41,198 nucleotides of DNA from Klebsormidium nitens (lineage: Eukaryota > Plantae > Klebsormidiophyceae): positions 1-41,198 of the forward strand of contig DF237671.1 of the NCBI GenBank assembly GCA_000708835.1, written 5' to 3'. Numbering within the stretch: position 1 is the stretch's first letter; every line of letters begins with the position of its first letter. A model generated the notes under the pieces. That model made no database searches and was not told the DNA's origin. It was given only the letters and a program-made list of their open reading frames with translations. This document shows, one piece after another, positions 21,055-33,462 of this stretch. The translations under genes were made by a program, and so were the position numbers.

Positions 21055-24000
21055 ATGGAGGACGGTAAGAGCCGCTTTTTGGTCGTCTCTAGTCTGTGGA
21101 AGTCTGATGAGGGTTGTCGTACCTTGCGAATCATCGAAAGAATGCCTTCAGACAGTCAAGTCTGTGAATCGGTTTGAGAAGCAGCTAGCGCGGTCTTCTG
21201 TTAAGGAAGCTGTTGGAGCATTTGGTGAGCACGTAGGAAGCGGCACTTGACCAAGCAAAGCATTGGCGGAAGCAGCGACGGGCCAAGTTTTCACTTAACT
21301 CTTTGAATCGTTCACGGGTTGAGGAGGCGCTGGTGTTTCGTCACTGGCAATTGGCTCACACCTTGAGCACGCTGTGCTTCATATTCAGTCTGCCACCATC
21401 GTAATGTTGGTGCCTCTGAACTGACTTTTGCTGAACGGTGGTGCAGTTCGGGAGGGCAAGGACTACAACTTCCCCAAGGAGGAGGAAGCCATCCTGGCAT
21501 TGTGGGACAAGTTGGATGCATTCAAGTAAGCCTCTCTACCCAAGCACAAAGTTTCCTGCCTCCGCCCTTCTCCTTTGCCATGCGTCTGATTGCAATGCTT
21601 CTGCGATACACTTACCTGCCATCTGGACTGAAGGCTGCTGGCGCCTCTTGCAGGACCCAGTTGAAGAAGACCGAGGGCAAGCCGGAGTTCGTGTTCTTTG
21701 ATGGCCCCCCCTTTGCCACCGGGTTGCCCCACTACGGCCACATCCTGGCAGGCACTATCAAGGTGCTTGAAACGCTCCAGTCCTTGGTATTGGCAAGCAA
21801 TTCTAGATCACTATGCAGCTTCCCTCACTGATCAGGGCCTCCCATTGCCTTGGGGCCCTGATCGTCTGGGCTCTTTCAGGGGGCAACGCGCAGCAATTGA
21901 TCTACCCGTACATGACGCGAGGGCTGGGGTCGTGTCTGTTTGACACAGATTGGGACACCGAGTTGTGGCCTCTCCTGATTGCCCCCGCCTGCGCCTGTGC
22001 GGTGTGCAGGACATTGTGACCCGGTATGCCTCCACGACGGGGCACCACGTGGCGCGCCGCTTTGGGTGGGACTGCCACGGGCTGCCCGTGGAGTACGAGA
22101 TTGACCAGAAGCTGGGGATCAAGTCCAAGGACGACGTGCTGGCGCTGGGCATCGGCAACTACAACGAGGAGTGCCGCGCCATCGTGATGCGCTACTCCAA
22201 GGAGTGGGAGAAGACGGTGTCGCGCCTGGGCCGCTGGATCGACTTTGAGAACGACTACAAGACGCTGGACGCGTCGTACATGGAGAGCGTGTGGTGGGTG
22301 TTTGCGCAGCTGCACGCCAAGGGCCTCGTCTACAAGGGCTTCAAGGTCATGCCCTACAGCACCGGCTGCACCACCCCGCTCTCCAACTTCGAGGCAGGCC
22401 TCAACTACAAGGTGCGCGCCCGAACCCGCTAGCGGAACTTGGCAATTGCTTGAAGGAAGGGGGTGGTGTCCATACGTATGCCGTCTTCCTCTATCCTCTT
22501 GTTCGGGAGGGGCTAAGCTGATCGACTTTTGTTTTGATTCGGACCAGCAACCACCTTCGACACCATGTTCCCCCTCAGCCGACCTGTTTTGCTCAGCCTC
22601 TGCCCTGCTCCCTTGTCGCCAGGACGTGAGCGACCCCGCTGTCCTGGTGGCCTTCCCCCTGGAGGACGACCCCGACGGCGCTGCGCTAGTGGCGTGGACC
22701 ACCACCCCCTGGACCCTGCCCAGCAACCTCGCACTCTGCGTCAACGCCGCCTTCACCTACGTCAAGGTCAGCGCTGCGCAGGCTCTGTATCTCGAACTTG
22801 CGCGGCACCACTGCGATGGCGCCATGGTGTAACCTGGGGCCAGAGAATGAGGAGCAGGCAAAGATGGCACGGGATGCAATCTGGGGTGTGCGGATCTGGC
22901 TTTCTCTGTATGCCAGGTTGTGTTGCAGTCTTTTGACGGCCGTGCGCTTGCTTGCCCGGGGTTGGCAGGTGAAGGATCGGCAGAGCGGGGCGGTGTACAT
23001 GGTGGCGGAGAGCCGGCTGGCGCAGCTGCCCAGCAAGAAGGCCAAGAAGAGCGCGGACGCAGCGGCGGCAGCACCCAACGGGGTGGCGGCCAAAGATGCG
23101 GCCAAGAAGGAGGAGGGCGGCGCCAAGAAGGGCGGCAAGAAGGACAAGAAGGACAAGGACGCCAAGGAGGCCGGCGCTGCGGCTGCACCGGGGCTGGACA
23201 CTGCCGCGTACGAGGTGCTGGGCAGCTGCAAGGGGGAGCAGCTCAAGGGACGCAAGTGAGGCCGCCACCAGCCTCGAACCCGATGCGCTGAGCTCAGCTT
23301 TGACTTACAGCAGTAGTCTACCCACTGGCCCGAGACATCGTTCCAATCGTTGTGTCCCTGTCGTTGGGCTCCTCCATCAACCTCCTCAGCCGCTTCTGCT
23401 CGTGATTTGCAGGTACGTTCCCCTGTTCAACTATTTCGACGAGCAGGCGTCCACGGCGTTCCGCGTGCTGGCAGACGACTACGTCACGGACGACAGCGGA
23501 ACAGGTACGCGGCCAGATCATTGATCGAGAGGCGCACGCCTGTGGGCGCCAGCCCGGTAAGCCAAGTGGAGAGGGCGATAGGGGATGCCTCGGCCGACAA
23601 GCATGTGCGTGCTGGGCCACCGCTGACATGCTGTGTGCCTCGTGCCCCGTGTGCAGGGGTGGTGCACTGTGCCCCGGCCTTTGGCGAGGACGATTACCGG
23701 GTGTGCCTGGCGGGGGGGATCATCGCCAAGGTGAGGGGCCAGGCAGGCGCCAATCGCACCCGTCGCTCTTCACCAACCACTGCACGAGAGGTCTTAATGC
23801 GCAGGGTCCTCCCTCGAAATCCGCTGTCGTTAGTGCGCCTGTCCAAGTGTGGCTCACCAGTTGCGCATGCTGTGTGGATGCAGGGGGGCGACTTCCCGAT
23901 TGCCGTGGACGACGACGGCCGCTTCACCGCCAAGGTCGTCGACTTCCAGGGCCGCTACGTCAAGGAAGCCGACAAGGACATCATGGCCGCGGTCAAGGCA

Positions 24001-27000
24001 AGCACCCCACACGCGGCGCGCATTGCTCATGCATGGGCAATCAGGTGCGTTGATGCCCTGGCTCGCTTGCCTGCTGCCCTGATGCTGTTGTGTTGCGCTC
24101 ACGCGGGTGTGGCGGTGTGCAGGCGCGGGGCCGCTTGGTGTCGGCGGGCACCATTGTTCACCCGTACCCTTTCTGCTGGCGCTCCGAAACGCCCCTCATC
24201 TACAAGGCCGTCCCCAGCTGGTAAGCCAAGCCGGCCGAGCGCCACCGTCTCGCGCGTATGGTTGAGATCGACCTTGTGCAGGGCATTACTTGCTGGTCGT
24301 GATCTTTTTGCCTAGTCCCGAAAGAAGCCGCTTGCTCAGCGGTCGGCGCTATATCGAGTGGCTTTCTTGCCACCAATAAGAGGGGCTCTGAGCGTTGGCC
24401 TGAGGTGCTCGCTGGGCGTGCTGCAGGTTTGTGGCGGTAGAGACGATCAAGGAGCGGCTCCTGGCGGCCAACGCGCAGACACGGTGGGTGCCGGCTTACG
24501 TGAAGGAGAAGCGGTTCCAGAACTGGCTGGAGAACGCGCGCGACTGGGCCATCAGCCGCAACCGGTACTGGGGCACGCCGCTGCCCATCTGGCGCTCCGA
24601 CGACTGGCAGGAGCTGCGCGTTGTCGGCAGTATCGCCGAGCTCGAGCAGCTCTCCGGATTCAAGGCAAGCCGCCGCGCGGCCCAGCCGCTACCGGGCTCA
24701 GTGTGTCAGACATGCTCATTTGGTGATTCTTCGGGTAATCTGCGGACGTTCCTGTTCATCGTTGGCGACATGCTGAAGCATTTCTGGCTGGTGATAACCC
24801 GACCCGTGTGTGTGCTCGTGCAGGCGACGGACCTGCACCGGCACCACATCGACCACGTGACCATCCCGTCCAAGCGCGGCCCGGAGCACGTGCTGAGACG
24901 CTGCGAAGAGGTGCGGCACACCCCGCTGTCAGCCCCCTGACAAACGCCGCACAGCCAGGCCGGGTCGGGTGCACGCCTCCTGCCACCTTCTGGGTCCTTG
25001 CTGGAGTCGTGCAGAATGAGAGTTTTGTCAAGGCTACCTAAGGCCAGGCAAGCCCCGGGGCCGCATCTGACGGCTCGGCTGCTGGCTAACGACAGCGTTC
25101 TGGTGGCGCAGGTGTTTGACTGCTGGTTCGAGAGCGGTGCCATGCCGTACGCACAGGCGCATTATCCGTTCGAGAACAAGGCGCATATGGAGGCCAATTT
25201 CCCCGCAGACTTCGTCGCAGAGGGCCTCGACCAAACGCGCGGCTGGTGAGCCCCCCCTTGCTGCCGTCCGCGCCGCCGCTTCTCGAGCAGCTGGGTTGCT
25301 GCTTGCCTAGGGCCACTTGCATCGAATTGCTAATAGTCATATTGCTCCGTACCGGTTGAGTTCGTGCCAGGTTTCTGTAAGTGGTCCACAGTGTAGGATC
25401 ATGTTTGGGCCGCGGTGGCTGAGCGGCCCGGTGTGGGGCGGTACGTGCAGGTTCTACACGCTGATGGTGCTGTCGACGGCGCTGTTCGACAAGCCCGCGT
25501 TCAAGAACCTGATCTGCAACGGGCTGGTCCTCGCGGAGGACGGCAAGAAGATGAGCAAGCGCCTGCGCAACTACCCGCCCCCCACCGAGCTCATCGACGA
25601 GTACGGCGCCGACGCGCTGCGGCTGTACCTCATCAACTCGCCCGTCGTCAAGGCCGAGCCGCTGCGCTTCAAGAAGGACGGCGTCTTCGCAGTGGTCAGC
25701 TGCTCCGCCGCACTGGCTGCTCGAAAGCAACTGGCTCCTGTCTTGGCGGCCGCTCTCTTTCTGCGTCGTTTTCTGGTCAAGCTCGTTAACTGTCCTCGCT
25801 GGCTTTCTTTGCCATGCGACAACCCCCATGCCCCCACCCTGTGCTCTCCTGAACGCCCGTCCCCTCACGTCCCCCATTCCTGCTGTGGTGCAGATCAAGG
25901 ACGTGTTCCTGCCATGGTACAATGCGTACCGCTTCTTCGTCCAGAACGTGCTGCGGCTGGAGGCCGAGGCCGGGGGCCGCTTCGTGCCGAGCAGCGGGCG
26001 CGAGTCGGGCAACGTGCTGGACCACTGGATCCACAGCGCCACCGACAGCCTGGTGCTGGCCGTGCGCGCCGAGATGGCGGCGTACCGCCTGTACACCGTG
26101 GTGCCGCTCCTGCTCAAGTTCATCGACGGCCTCACCAACATCTACGTGCGCTACAACAGGAAGCGCCTCAAGGGCGCGCGCGGCGACGCCGACTGCCGCA
26201 CCGCGCTCTCCACGCTCTACCACGTGAGCCACTCGCCGCCCTTCTCGATGCTGAAGCAGGCCGACGGGCCAGCCCGGGGGCTGCTATTGAGCACGAGAGA
26301 CACGCGCGTGATCTTTGAGCGAGCATCTCCAATTTCTCGACGGAGCAGCCCCGGGCGGGTTCAAGGAACTGATAAGCAGTCTATGTACTGGTGCGCTACC
26401 AGTGCGATGATTACTGAGACGGCGTGCGTGCAGGTGCTGCGCACGGTGTGCTGCGCGATGGCGCCCTTCACGCCCTTCTTCACGGAGGTGATGTACCAGA
26501 ACCTGCGCCGCGTCGAGGGCCCCTCTGCGGAGGCGAGCGTGCACTTTTGCGAGTTCCCCACCACGCAGGCGGCCGTGGACCCGCGCATCGAGCAGAGCGT
26601 GGCGCGCATGCAGACCGTCATCGAGCTGGGCCGGACCATCCGCGAGCGCCGCGCCAAGCCCGTCAAGCAGCCCCTCCGGTAAGCACTCGACAAGGCACTG
26701 CTGCCACATGCCCCACTTGCTCCCCGGCACTGCGTCCAAGCTCATGTTTCCTCCACCAAGTCTTTTTGCCTCTGTCTCACGGCGTTCCTGCTTGTTGCGC
26801 AGGGCCATGACGGTGGTGCACAGCGACGCCGCGTTCCTGGAGGACATGACCGGCAAGCTGCGCGAGTACGTGCTGGAGGAGCTCAACGTGCGCACGCTGC
26901 ACGCCTGCAACGACCCCCTCCAGTTCGCCACCCTGCGCGCCGACCCCGACCTCAAGTCAGCCCCCCCCGCCCCCACCTCCGACCACTGCTCATGCGGTGG

Positions 27001-28564
27001 CCGCTGTGCGGGTGGCCGTGCTGCCTCCGTCCCTCTGTTTGCCAGTCAAGCCGCGCCAGCTGACCATGCTCTGCTCACCTGTCCGGCCCTGGTTCGCCAT
27101 GCCAATGCATCGTGTGGTGCAGGAGCCGCCAGCTTCCCTTGTGCGCGCACCATGTTGCTGACGCTCTACTTTCAGCCTGGTGACGAGCGCGGGCGGTGCG
27201 TGCAGGGTGCTAGGCAAGCGGCTGGGCAAGGCGATGGGCGCGGTAAGCAAGGCGGTGCGCGAGCTGGACACGGCGGCGCTGCTGCAGTACGAGGCGGCGG
27301 GGCAGATCGACGTGGCGGGCCACACGCTGGGCAGCGGGGACCTGCGTGTCGTGCGCGAGTTCAAGGCGCCGCCCGGGACGAACCCCGACCACATCAGCGC
27401 AGCTGGGGACGGTGAGTACGGACACACTGCGTCGGCAGTGCCGAGCAGGGCAGGGGAAACATAGGGGGCAGCGGGGGGGAGTAATCTACTGCTGGAGTCT
27501 GTGTCACAGGACGGGCAAGCAACGGCTGGGCACTGCTTCGCTTCGACAGCTCTGTACCGCCCTTGTTCGCTGCCCCACTGCGTGCCTCATTGTCGCCCCG
27601 CCCCACTGTGCAGGCGACGTGCTGGTGGTGCTGGACCTGCGCGAGGACGAGGAGTTGCAGGCCGCCGGCCTCGCCAGAGAGGTGAGATCCGCCCCCGCCT
27701 GGGCCGACAGCGGGCAACACGGAGCACCAGGGGAGGGAGGGACTCGTTCCCCGCTTGGCTGCTTTTGGGGCAAGGCTAGCCAGCCAGCGCTTGTTCCTTG
27801 TGCTGACGGTGCGGTGCGGGCCTCCGTGCAGGTGGTGAACCGCGTGCAGAAGCTGCGCAAGAGGGCGGGCCTGGCCGCCACGGACGCGGTGGAGGTGTAC
27901 CTGCGCTGCGCGGGGCCGCCCCAAGAAGGCCTCCTACAGGCGCTCCACGCACAGCGGGACTACGTGGCCGCAGCGCTGGGGATGCCGCTGCTGCCCGCCG
28001 CGCACCGGCCTGACACCGCGGTGAGCAGGCAGACAGCACGCATACACCGCAACGCGGAGGGGGCTCCCCTGCATGGACTAACTACTTTTGTAGCGCCACC
28101 TGCAGTGTAGCTCCGCCCCTAGTTTATCTCGTCGCACATAGACTATAAATATGCTGGCTCGTCCTTATCTCTGACGACTGCTCACATGCTCGCATGTAGT
28201 GCTTCGGGACCAAAGTATCTCTAGCCCTCGCTCGAGCTTGTGTTGACTTGCATCGTGGTGGCAGGTTGTGCTGGCGACAGAGCAGCACGAAGGAGTGGGC
28301 GGCACGGACTGCGCGCCCTTCGAGCTGGTGATTGCGCGGCCGGCCCTGGTGTTCACGGACCAGCTGTCTGCGACGTGCGGGGGCAATGCAGAGCATGCGG
28401 ACAATGTCCGCACCGCGCTGCTGGCGCGAGACCACGCGGCGCTGAAGGCGGAGGCAGCGGCAGCAGAGGGCAAGCTGACGGTGGCCATCGAAGGGCAACC
28501 CAAGTACAGCGTGACTGTTGCGAAAGACATGTTCTGGAGTGTTGGAGACAGCTTGAAACACTGA
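21055..28564 (+). CDS. IARS: Isoleucine--tRNA ligase, cytosolic eukaryote type; 21 exons, ~1200 aa
   Basis: Exons 21055-21064, 21447-21525, 21654-21762, 22010-22411, 22623-22766, 22969-23255, 23413-23504, 23657-23730, 23884-23997, 24123-24220, 24427-24664, 24824-24910, 25112-25245, 25451-25694, 25894-26223, 26434-26678, 26803-26955, 27206-27411, 27614-27681, 27832-28020, 28265-28564; 3603 nt in frame. Motifs: [14 protein letters not shown] (HIGH), [54 protein letters not shown] (KMSKS). No transit peptide. Confidence 0.97.
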
Positions 28565-29291
28565 TCATCTTATTTCACACGGAAGAGTCATGCAGACGGG
28601 TACATTGCAGTTTTGATGGTAACCTGAAACGACAGCCAGACTGAGAAGGACATTGCTTGAAGGATTGAGTAGATTGAGGACGACTGGAGTCGAGAAACCG
28701 ATCTTCAAAGATATAAAGCGCGACGCTTATGCCCTCGACTCTGCAATCAAAATCTTCATGCTGCTTGCATCGAGGTCGCTTATAAGATAGTACCGCGCTA
28801 GGTAGCGAGTATAGTTGCTAGTACATATGTAATACAACTTACGGCACTCACCGGGCGACCACTGCACGCGACTTGGTTCATTCGAGTATCATATACTACA
28901 TGTGTGTGAAGAATTTGACTCAGTTAAGCTCGCTATTGTCAGGCTTCGAGTCTTGAAAGTGGCATATGCTGCGGAGCGAATTTTATATGATGTTCACGTC
29001 CCAGCAGGAATTGTCACACATGCACCACATAAATGGTGGCCGGTACAGTCATTTGAACACTGACAACCAGTACATTGCTCATGGTACGCCCCGGCCGTAC
29101 TATAATGCACATGATAATAAATCTCATACATCCAACTCGACGCATCGTGTTCGTTTGACGTTTCATATGCTGATTTACATATTCCATTCTACCTTCCCGA
29201 GCCCAATCGAATACCTAGCAATTTCGCATGACAGCGTTGATTGATTAATACCAATCACCATACTTCTAGACAATAAATAAAGGGGTGCATG

Positions 29292-32178
29292 TTAAAGACT
29301 GTTTGACTCTGTTCGATTTGACGAGAACCTTGGCAGCCGCACTGGTCGTTTGCTGCTGTCCTGCCAGGGCGGCTCTCCCTCCCACGGCCGCGGGTAGTCC
29401 GGGTACACCGGCTCCAGCTGCCGGTTCAGCCGCAGCACCTCCTCGTCGATGGCCGGCATGAACTTGGTCATGCGCAGGCTCATGTCCACGCCGTTCATGC
29501 CCTCGTTCTTCATGCGGATGGCCAGCTGCCGCCCGCTGCGCGTGCCCGACTCCCCCGCCTGCTGCATCCCCGGGATCATGGCCACGTGCGCCACCTGGTA
29601 CCCCGCCAGCCACGTGCGGATGCACAGCTCGTAGTCCAGGAACACGGCGCCCTCGCCCGGCCGCGAGTAGGCCTCATTAAAGCCGCCCACGGTGTCAAAC
29701 ACGCCGCGCCGCATCGCCATCGGCGCCAGGTCCACCTCCAGCACGAACTGCATGTCCACGCCCGCAGCGGCGCTGCGCAGGTACACGTTGTCGCCGTTCA
29801 GGGCGCTCATGCGCCAGCCCGTGTCCTGGCTGCTGTACACGCCGCGGTTCAGGCCTGCTATGCCCAGCTGCGGGTAGTGCTGGTACGCCGCCAGGAGGTC
29901 GCCGAGCCAGGAGCAGTCCGCGGGGGGCAGCTGGTCGTCCTGCAGGAACACCAGCACGGCGCCTGCGCACACGCACACCAACATGGGCGCCGTCAACTCT
30001 CGTTGGCCGGCCACTCTGGAAATTCGGTGTTGCGAGCCGAGCCTGGAAGCCTAATACAGGATTCTGAAAATTGATGCTAAAAGAGCCAGATGATTCGTCT
30101 TGACAAGTCTCCAGGCCAATGGAACTTGCTTGTGACCAAGTGTCCCTTTTGCAGGAACCACCCCTCGAGCAACAGCCAACCACCTGCATCCGGTGGCTGT
30201 GCGCCCTTTGCCTTGGCCTGCTTGCGGTTGCGCGTCCCCACCTGTGGCCATGCGCCCCAGGCGGTTGTAGCTGCGCTCCTCGTGGATGTTGTGCGAGAAG
30301 ACGGGCACCACGAAGTCCCCGGTCGCGTTGCGCGCCGCCATCCAGAGGGGCGCGTCCTCGGGGTTGTCCACGTTGGCCAGCAGCTCCGCGGTGAGCCCCG
30401 GCATCTGCGCGCGGCACCCGGCCAGCGCGGCCACCAGGGGCGCCACGTTGTCGGGGTGCTTGAAGTACTGCAGGATGAAGCTCACGTTCTTCTCGCCCGG
30501 GAACAGGTCCCGCTGCAGGAACCAGTGCTCCTTCCCCACCCGCCACTCCGCGCCCGCTGTCCCCCCGCCCCCTCCTGCTGCGCCTGGCTGGGCCCCTTCC
30601 GGACCCTTCAGAGCCGCCCCTGTTGCTGCAGCATTGCCCTCCTCTTCACTGCGCGTGCTGTTGGCCTGCCCCCCTCCGTCCTCGCCAACCAGGGCGTCAC
30701 TCTCTTGCTCCTCCTCGCCCGTTGCAGGCTCCTCCGTCGACCCGCCTGTTGCGCCTTTCTGCTGCCCCCCCGGTGTTGACAGCCAGACCCTGCGCTCGTC
30801 CTCCGAGTAGATGGTGGCCAACAGGGACGGCGGAAAGCCCTCCCCAATGCATTCCCCTGCAAAGCGTCCCTTGAGGCGGTAGTGCATGTCCGCCACGCTC
30901 CGCAGCGCAACCTCGCGCTCGTCCAGCCGCTGCCGCCACTCTGCCTCCGCCGTCCGCAGCTGCTCCCGCACCACGTCCCCAGTGCCCGCCTGCACACACC
31001 ACCCGCCCCGCGCTCAGTCAGCGCAAGGGTCCCAGCTTGGGCAAGGGGCAGGGGCGAGGACAAGAGCAGCGGCGCCTGGTGTGCGCACAAGCGGTGCTAC
31101 GGGGGGCAGCAAACAGGGGCAGGCGCCCCAAGGGCAAGGCGCCGGGCGTGCTGACCGGGAAGTGATACGCAATGTAGTGCCACTCCTCCCAGGCATGCTG
31201 CGTCTCCTCGCTCACAGGGATCCCCCTCGCGCGCGCCGCCACCAGCACGCCCTGCAGGTCAATCTCCACAGCGGGTGCACTGGTGGCATTCTGCGGTTGA
31301 GTGGCGTTTTCTGGCTGGGTATGGTTGAGGTACCAGGCCCGCAGGGTGGTGGTCAGGGTGCGCGAGCGGTCGAGGCGATCCATCATGAACCACGCCTCGT
31401 CGTGCAGCCTATACGCATGGGGGGAGACGCAGTCAGAGGCATCGCACTAAGGGCGTTCCATGTGGGGGGTCAACAAATGCCAACATGCGTATTATCAAAG
31501 TTTCCCACAAAAGCACACAGTAAAGAGCTTAACCTGGGGTTTGCCCTTAATGTGAAGAGCTCAGAAGTGGGGAATGCTACAGATCAGTGGCGTTCAGCTA
31601 GCAGTCACCAGATAGTGCGTCCAGTCTCGTTCTCACCTGTTTGCCTGCCACTTCAATTGGATCGCTTCTTGCAACTCAGACTGTGCTGTTGTCAATTGTG
31701 CCCACATGCTGAAGCAGGCCCCGATGCTCAGCCCGCCGCCACCCCCCCCCTCTGATGGATCGCACCCGGCTCCGCCTACCCCCTCCTGCAGTGCCCCTGC
31801 CTGGCGCCCCACCTGAGCGGGAGCTGCCCCGCCTTCACGCAGCTCGGTGCTGTTCTCTGGCCCCGCTGCCCCCTCCACCTGTTGCAGGCTGCGATCGCTT
31901 GTATTCTTCTTGCTGGATGCGCTTCGTGGTGCATCCAGGGCCGCCAGCGCTCCCCCTGCGACCGCCGCCTCGGCTCGCCTGCGGGCCACTGTCCTGCGCG
32001 CCTTCTCCAAGCGGCTCTCCCCCCGCGCCACCCGCTCAAAGGGCTGCAACAGATCCGGCGTCCCCTGGTGCAGCGTGGCCCCCTCCATGGCGGCCTGAGG
32101 GGGCGTCCACAGCTCCAGCAGCAGCAGGGAGGCAAGGACGGCCACCGCGAGGGGCACGCCCAGAAGGCCCCGCCGCAT
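29292..32178 (-). CDS. Type II membrane GT-A fold (GT2-like) glycosyltransferase, ~737 aa
   Basis: Exons 32178-31637, 31408-31156, 30989-30242, 29962-29292; 2214 nt in frame. N-terminal anchor MRRGLLGVPLAVAVLASLLLLELW, then a long stem. Catalytic-domain-like segments: VSFILQYF, LLANVDN, YNRLGRMATGAVLVFLQDD (DxD-like), GGFNEAY, FLDYELCIRTWLAGYQV. Confidence 0.75.
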
Positions 32179-32613
32179 ACTGGCCAGCCAACAGCTCGAC
32201 GTTCCGGGGCTGTGCAAGATTGAGCCCCGGCGGCTTATGGGCAACCACGTAGGCAACCCCTGGCAATGGACTCAAAACGTGCGTTCACACAAGTTTGTTA
32301 GCTGCGAGGGCCAACAAGCGGAACGTTAGAGGTAAGTGCAGATTTGCGGCGTGCGCAGACAATTGCTTAGGCCCACCACTTCAACAAGGAAAGCACGCCG
32401 CGAAGGACCGAGCTTGCGCCGGAGGTACCCATCTAAAAGCTGCATCTTTACTGGCAGATTGCGATTGATCTGGCCCGCATTATGGCAGAACCCTAATGAA
32501 GAGAGCAACTAGAGGAGCGGCTTTAAAAAGCTGGGTCAGTTATCATAGACTGAGAGTGGCCGGTCATGATCCGAAAGTGGCCACTCCGGCCGGGAGAAGC
32601 CGTCGGACCACCG

Positions 32614-32828
32614 GAGCCTGATCGGGCTCGGTTTTGACCGGTACCGTTTGCATCGACTAACTTACTTGCGCGGTCGATCGAGCACCGTCGACTCGATCAT
32701 GGTCTTCGGCATGAATAAAAGAGCCCAAGCCTGTTCGATTTCGATGTTAAACTCGATTCAAACCCGATCAGGCTCGGGCTCACCCGAGCCAACCCGAGCC
32801 TGATCGGGCTCCGCTTGGTTTTGACCGG
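32614..32828. repeat. Direct plus inverted repeat cluster with a perfect 16-bp hairpin
   Basis: gagcctgatcgggctc...ggttttgaccgg occurs at 32614-32641 and 32796-32828. cccgatcaggctcggg (32763-32778) pairs with cccgagcctgatcggg (32793-32808) around a 14-nt loop. Confidence 0.8.
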
Positions 32829-33462
32829 AAGATGCGAAGCCTAGCCTAGCTGGAGTCTGGCTCCGAGTCCCGAGTCCCGACTACCATTACCACCCGGGGC
32901 CGCCGGCTCAGCTCAGCATGAATCATGACGAGCCGGAAATTCGAGTCGCCGCACCGCCCGGCGCGACTGCTGTGATCGATGAATGTGAAGGTGACGGGAC
33001 AATCAGCCGGCCCGCACACTGAAGCTAGGACCTCCTGGTCACTGCTTGTTGTCGACCAGTGACAAGTGACCTGTAGGTCAACACTGGACCTGCATGGGGC
33101 AGCCTACCGGGACAGGGTGGATGGTTAGCTGCCGGGCTAATCTGTCGGTTCTACTGCACGCGCACCTTTTCCAGGCAATAGACCGTTACCACGGCCCCCC
33201 CGGGCCCTAGATTCATTCCAAGAGATTCACTGTTGCTTTTGACCAGTTGCGCAACTCGGCGCAAAGCCGCTTTCCAGCCTCAGGAAGTCAGGATACCGTA
33301 CCCCTTCGGCCTCTGCTGCAGTGCCAGAGCCTGCCAGCTACCTACCTAGCTGGGAATGTGACTCGCTGTGTCCGGTGCCGCCATATCGCCAGCGCCAGCG
33401 CCAGCCTGGCCATTTGAAGGTCTCACGGATCTGTAGAAGGCGGCACAGGCTGCAGCGGAGGA

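Noticed and set aside
21902-28039. Long minus-strand ORFs over IleRS (21902..22756, 25086..26141, 26284..26976 and others)
   Set aside because: Antisense shadows of GC-rich exons and introns.
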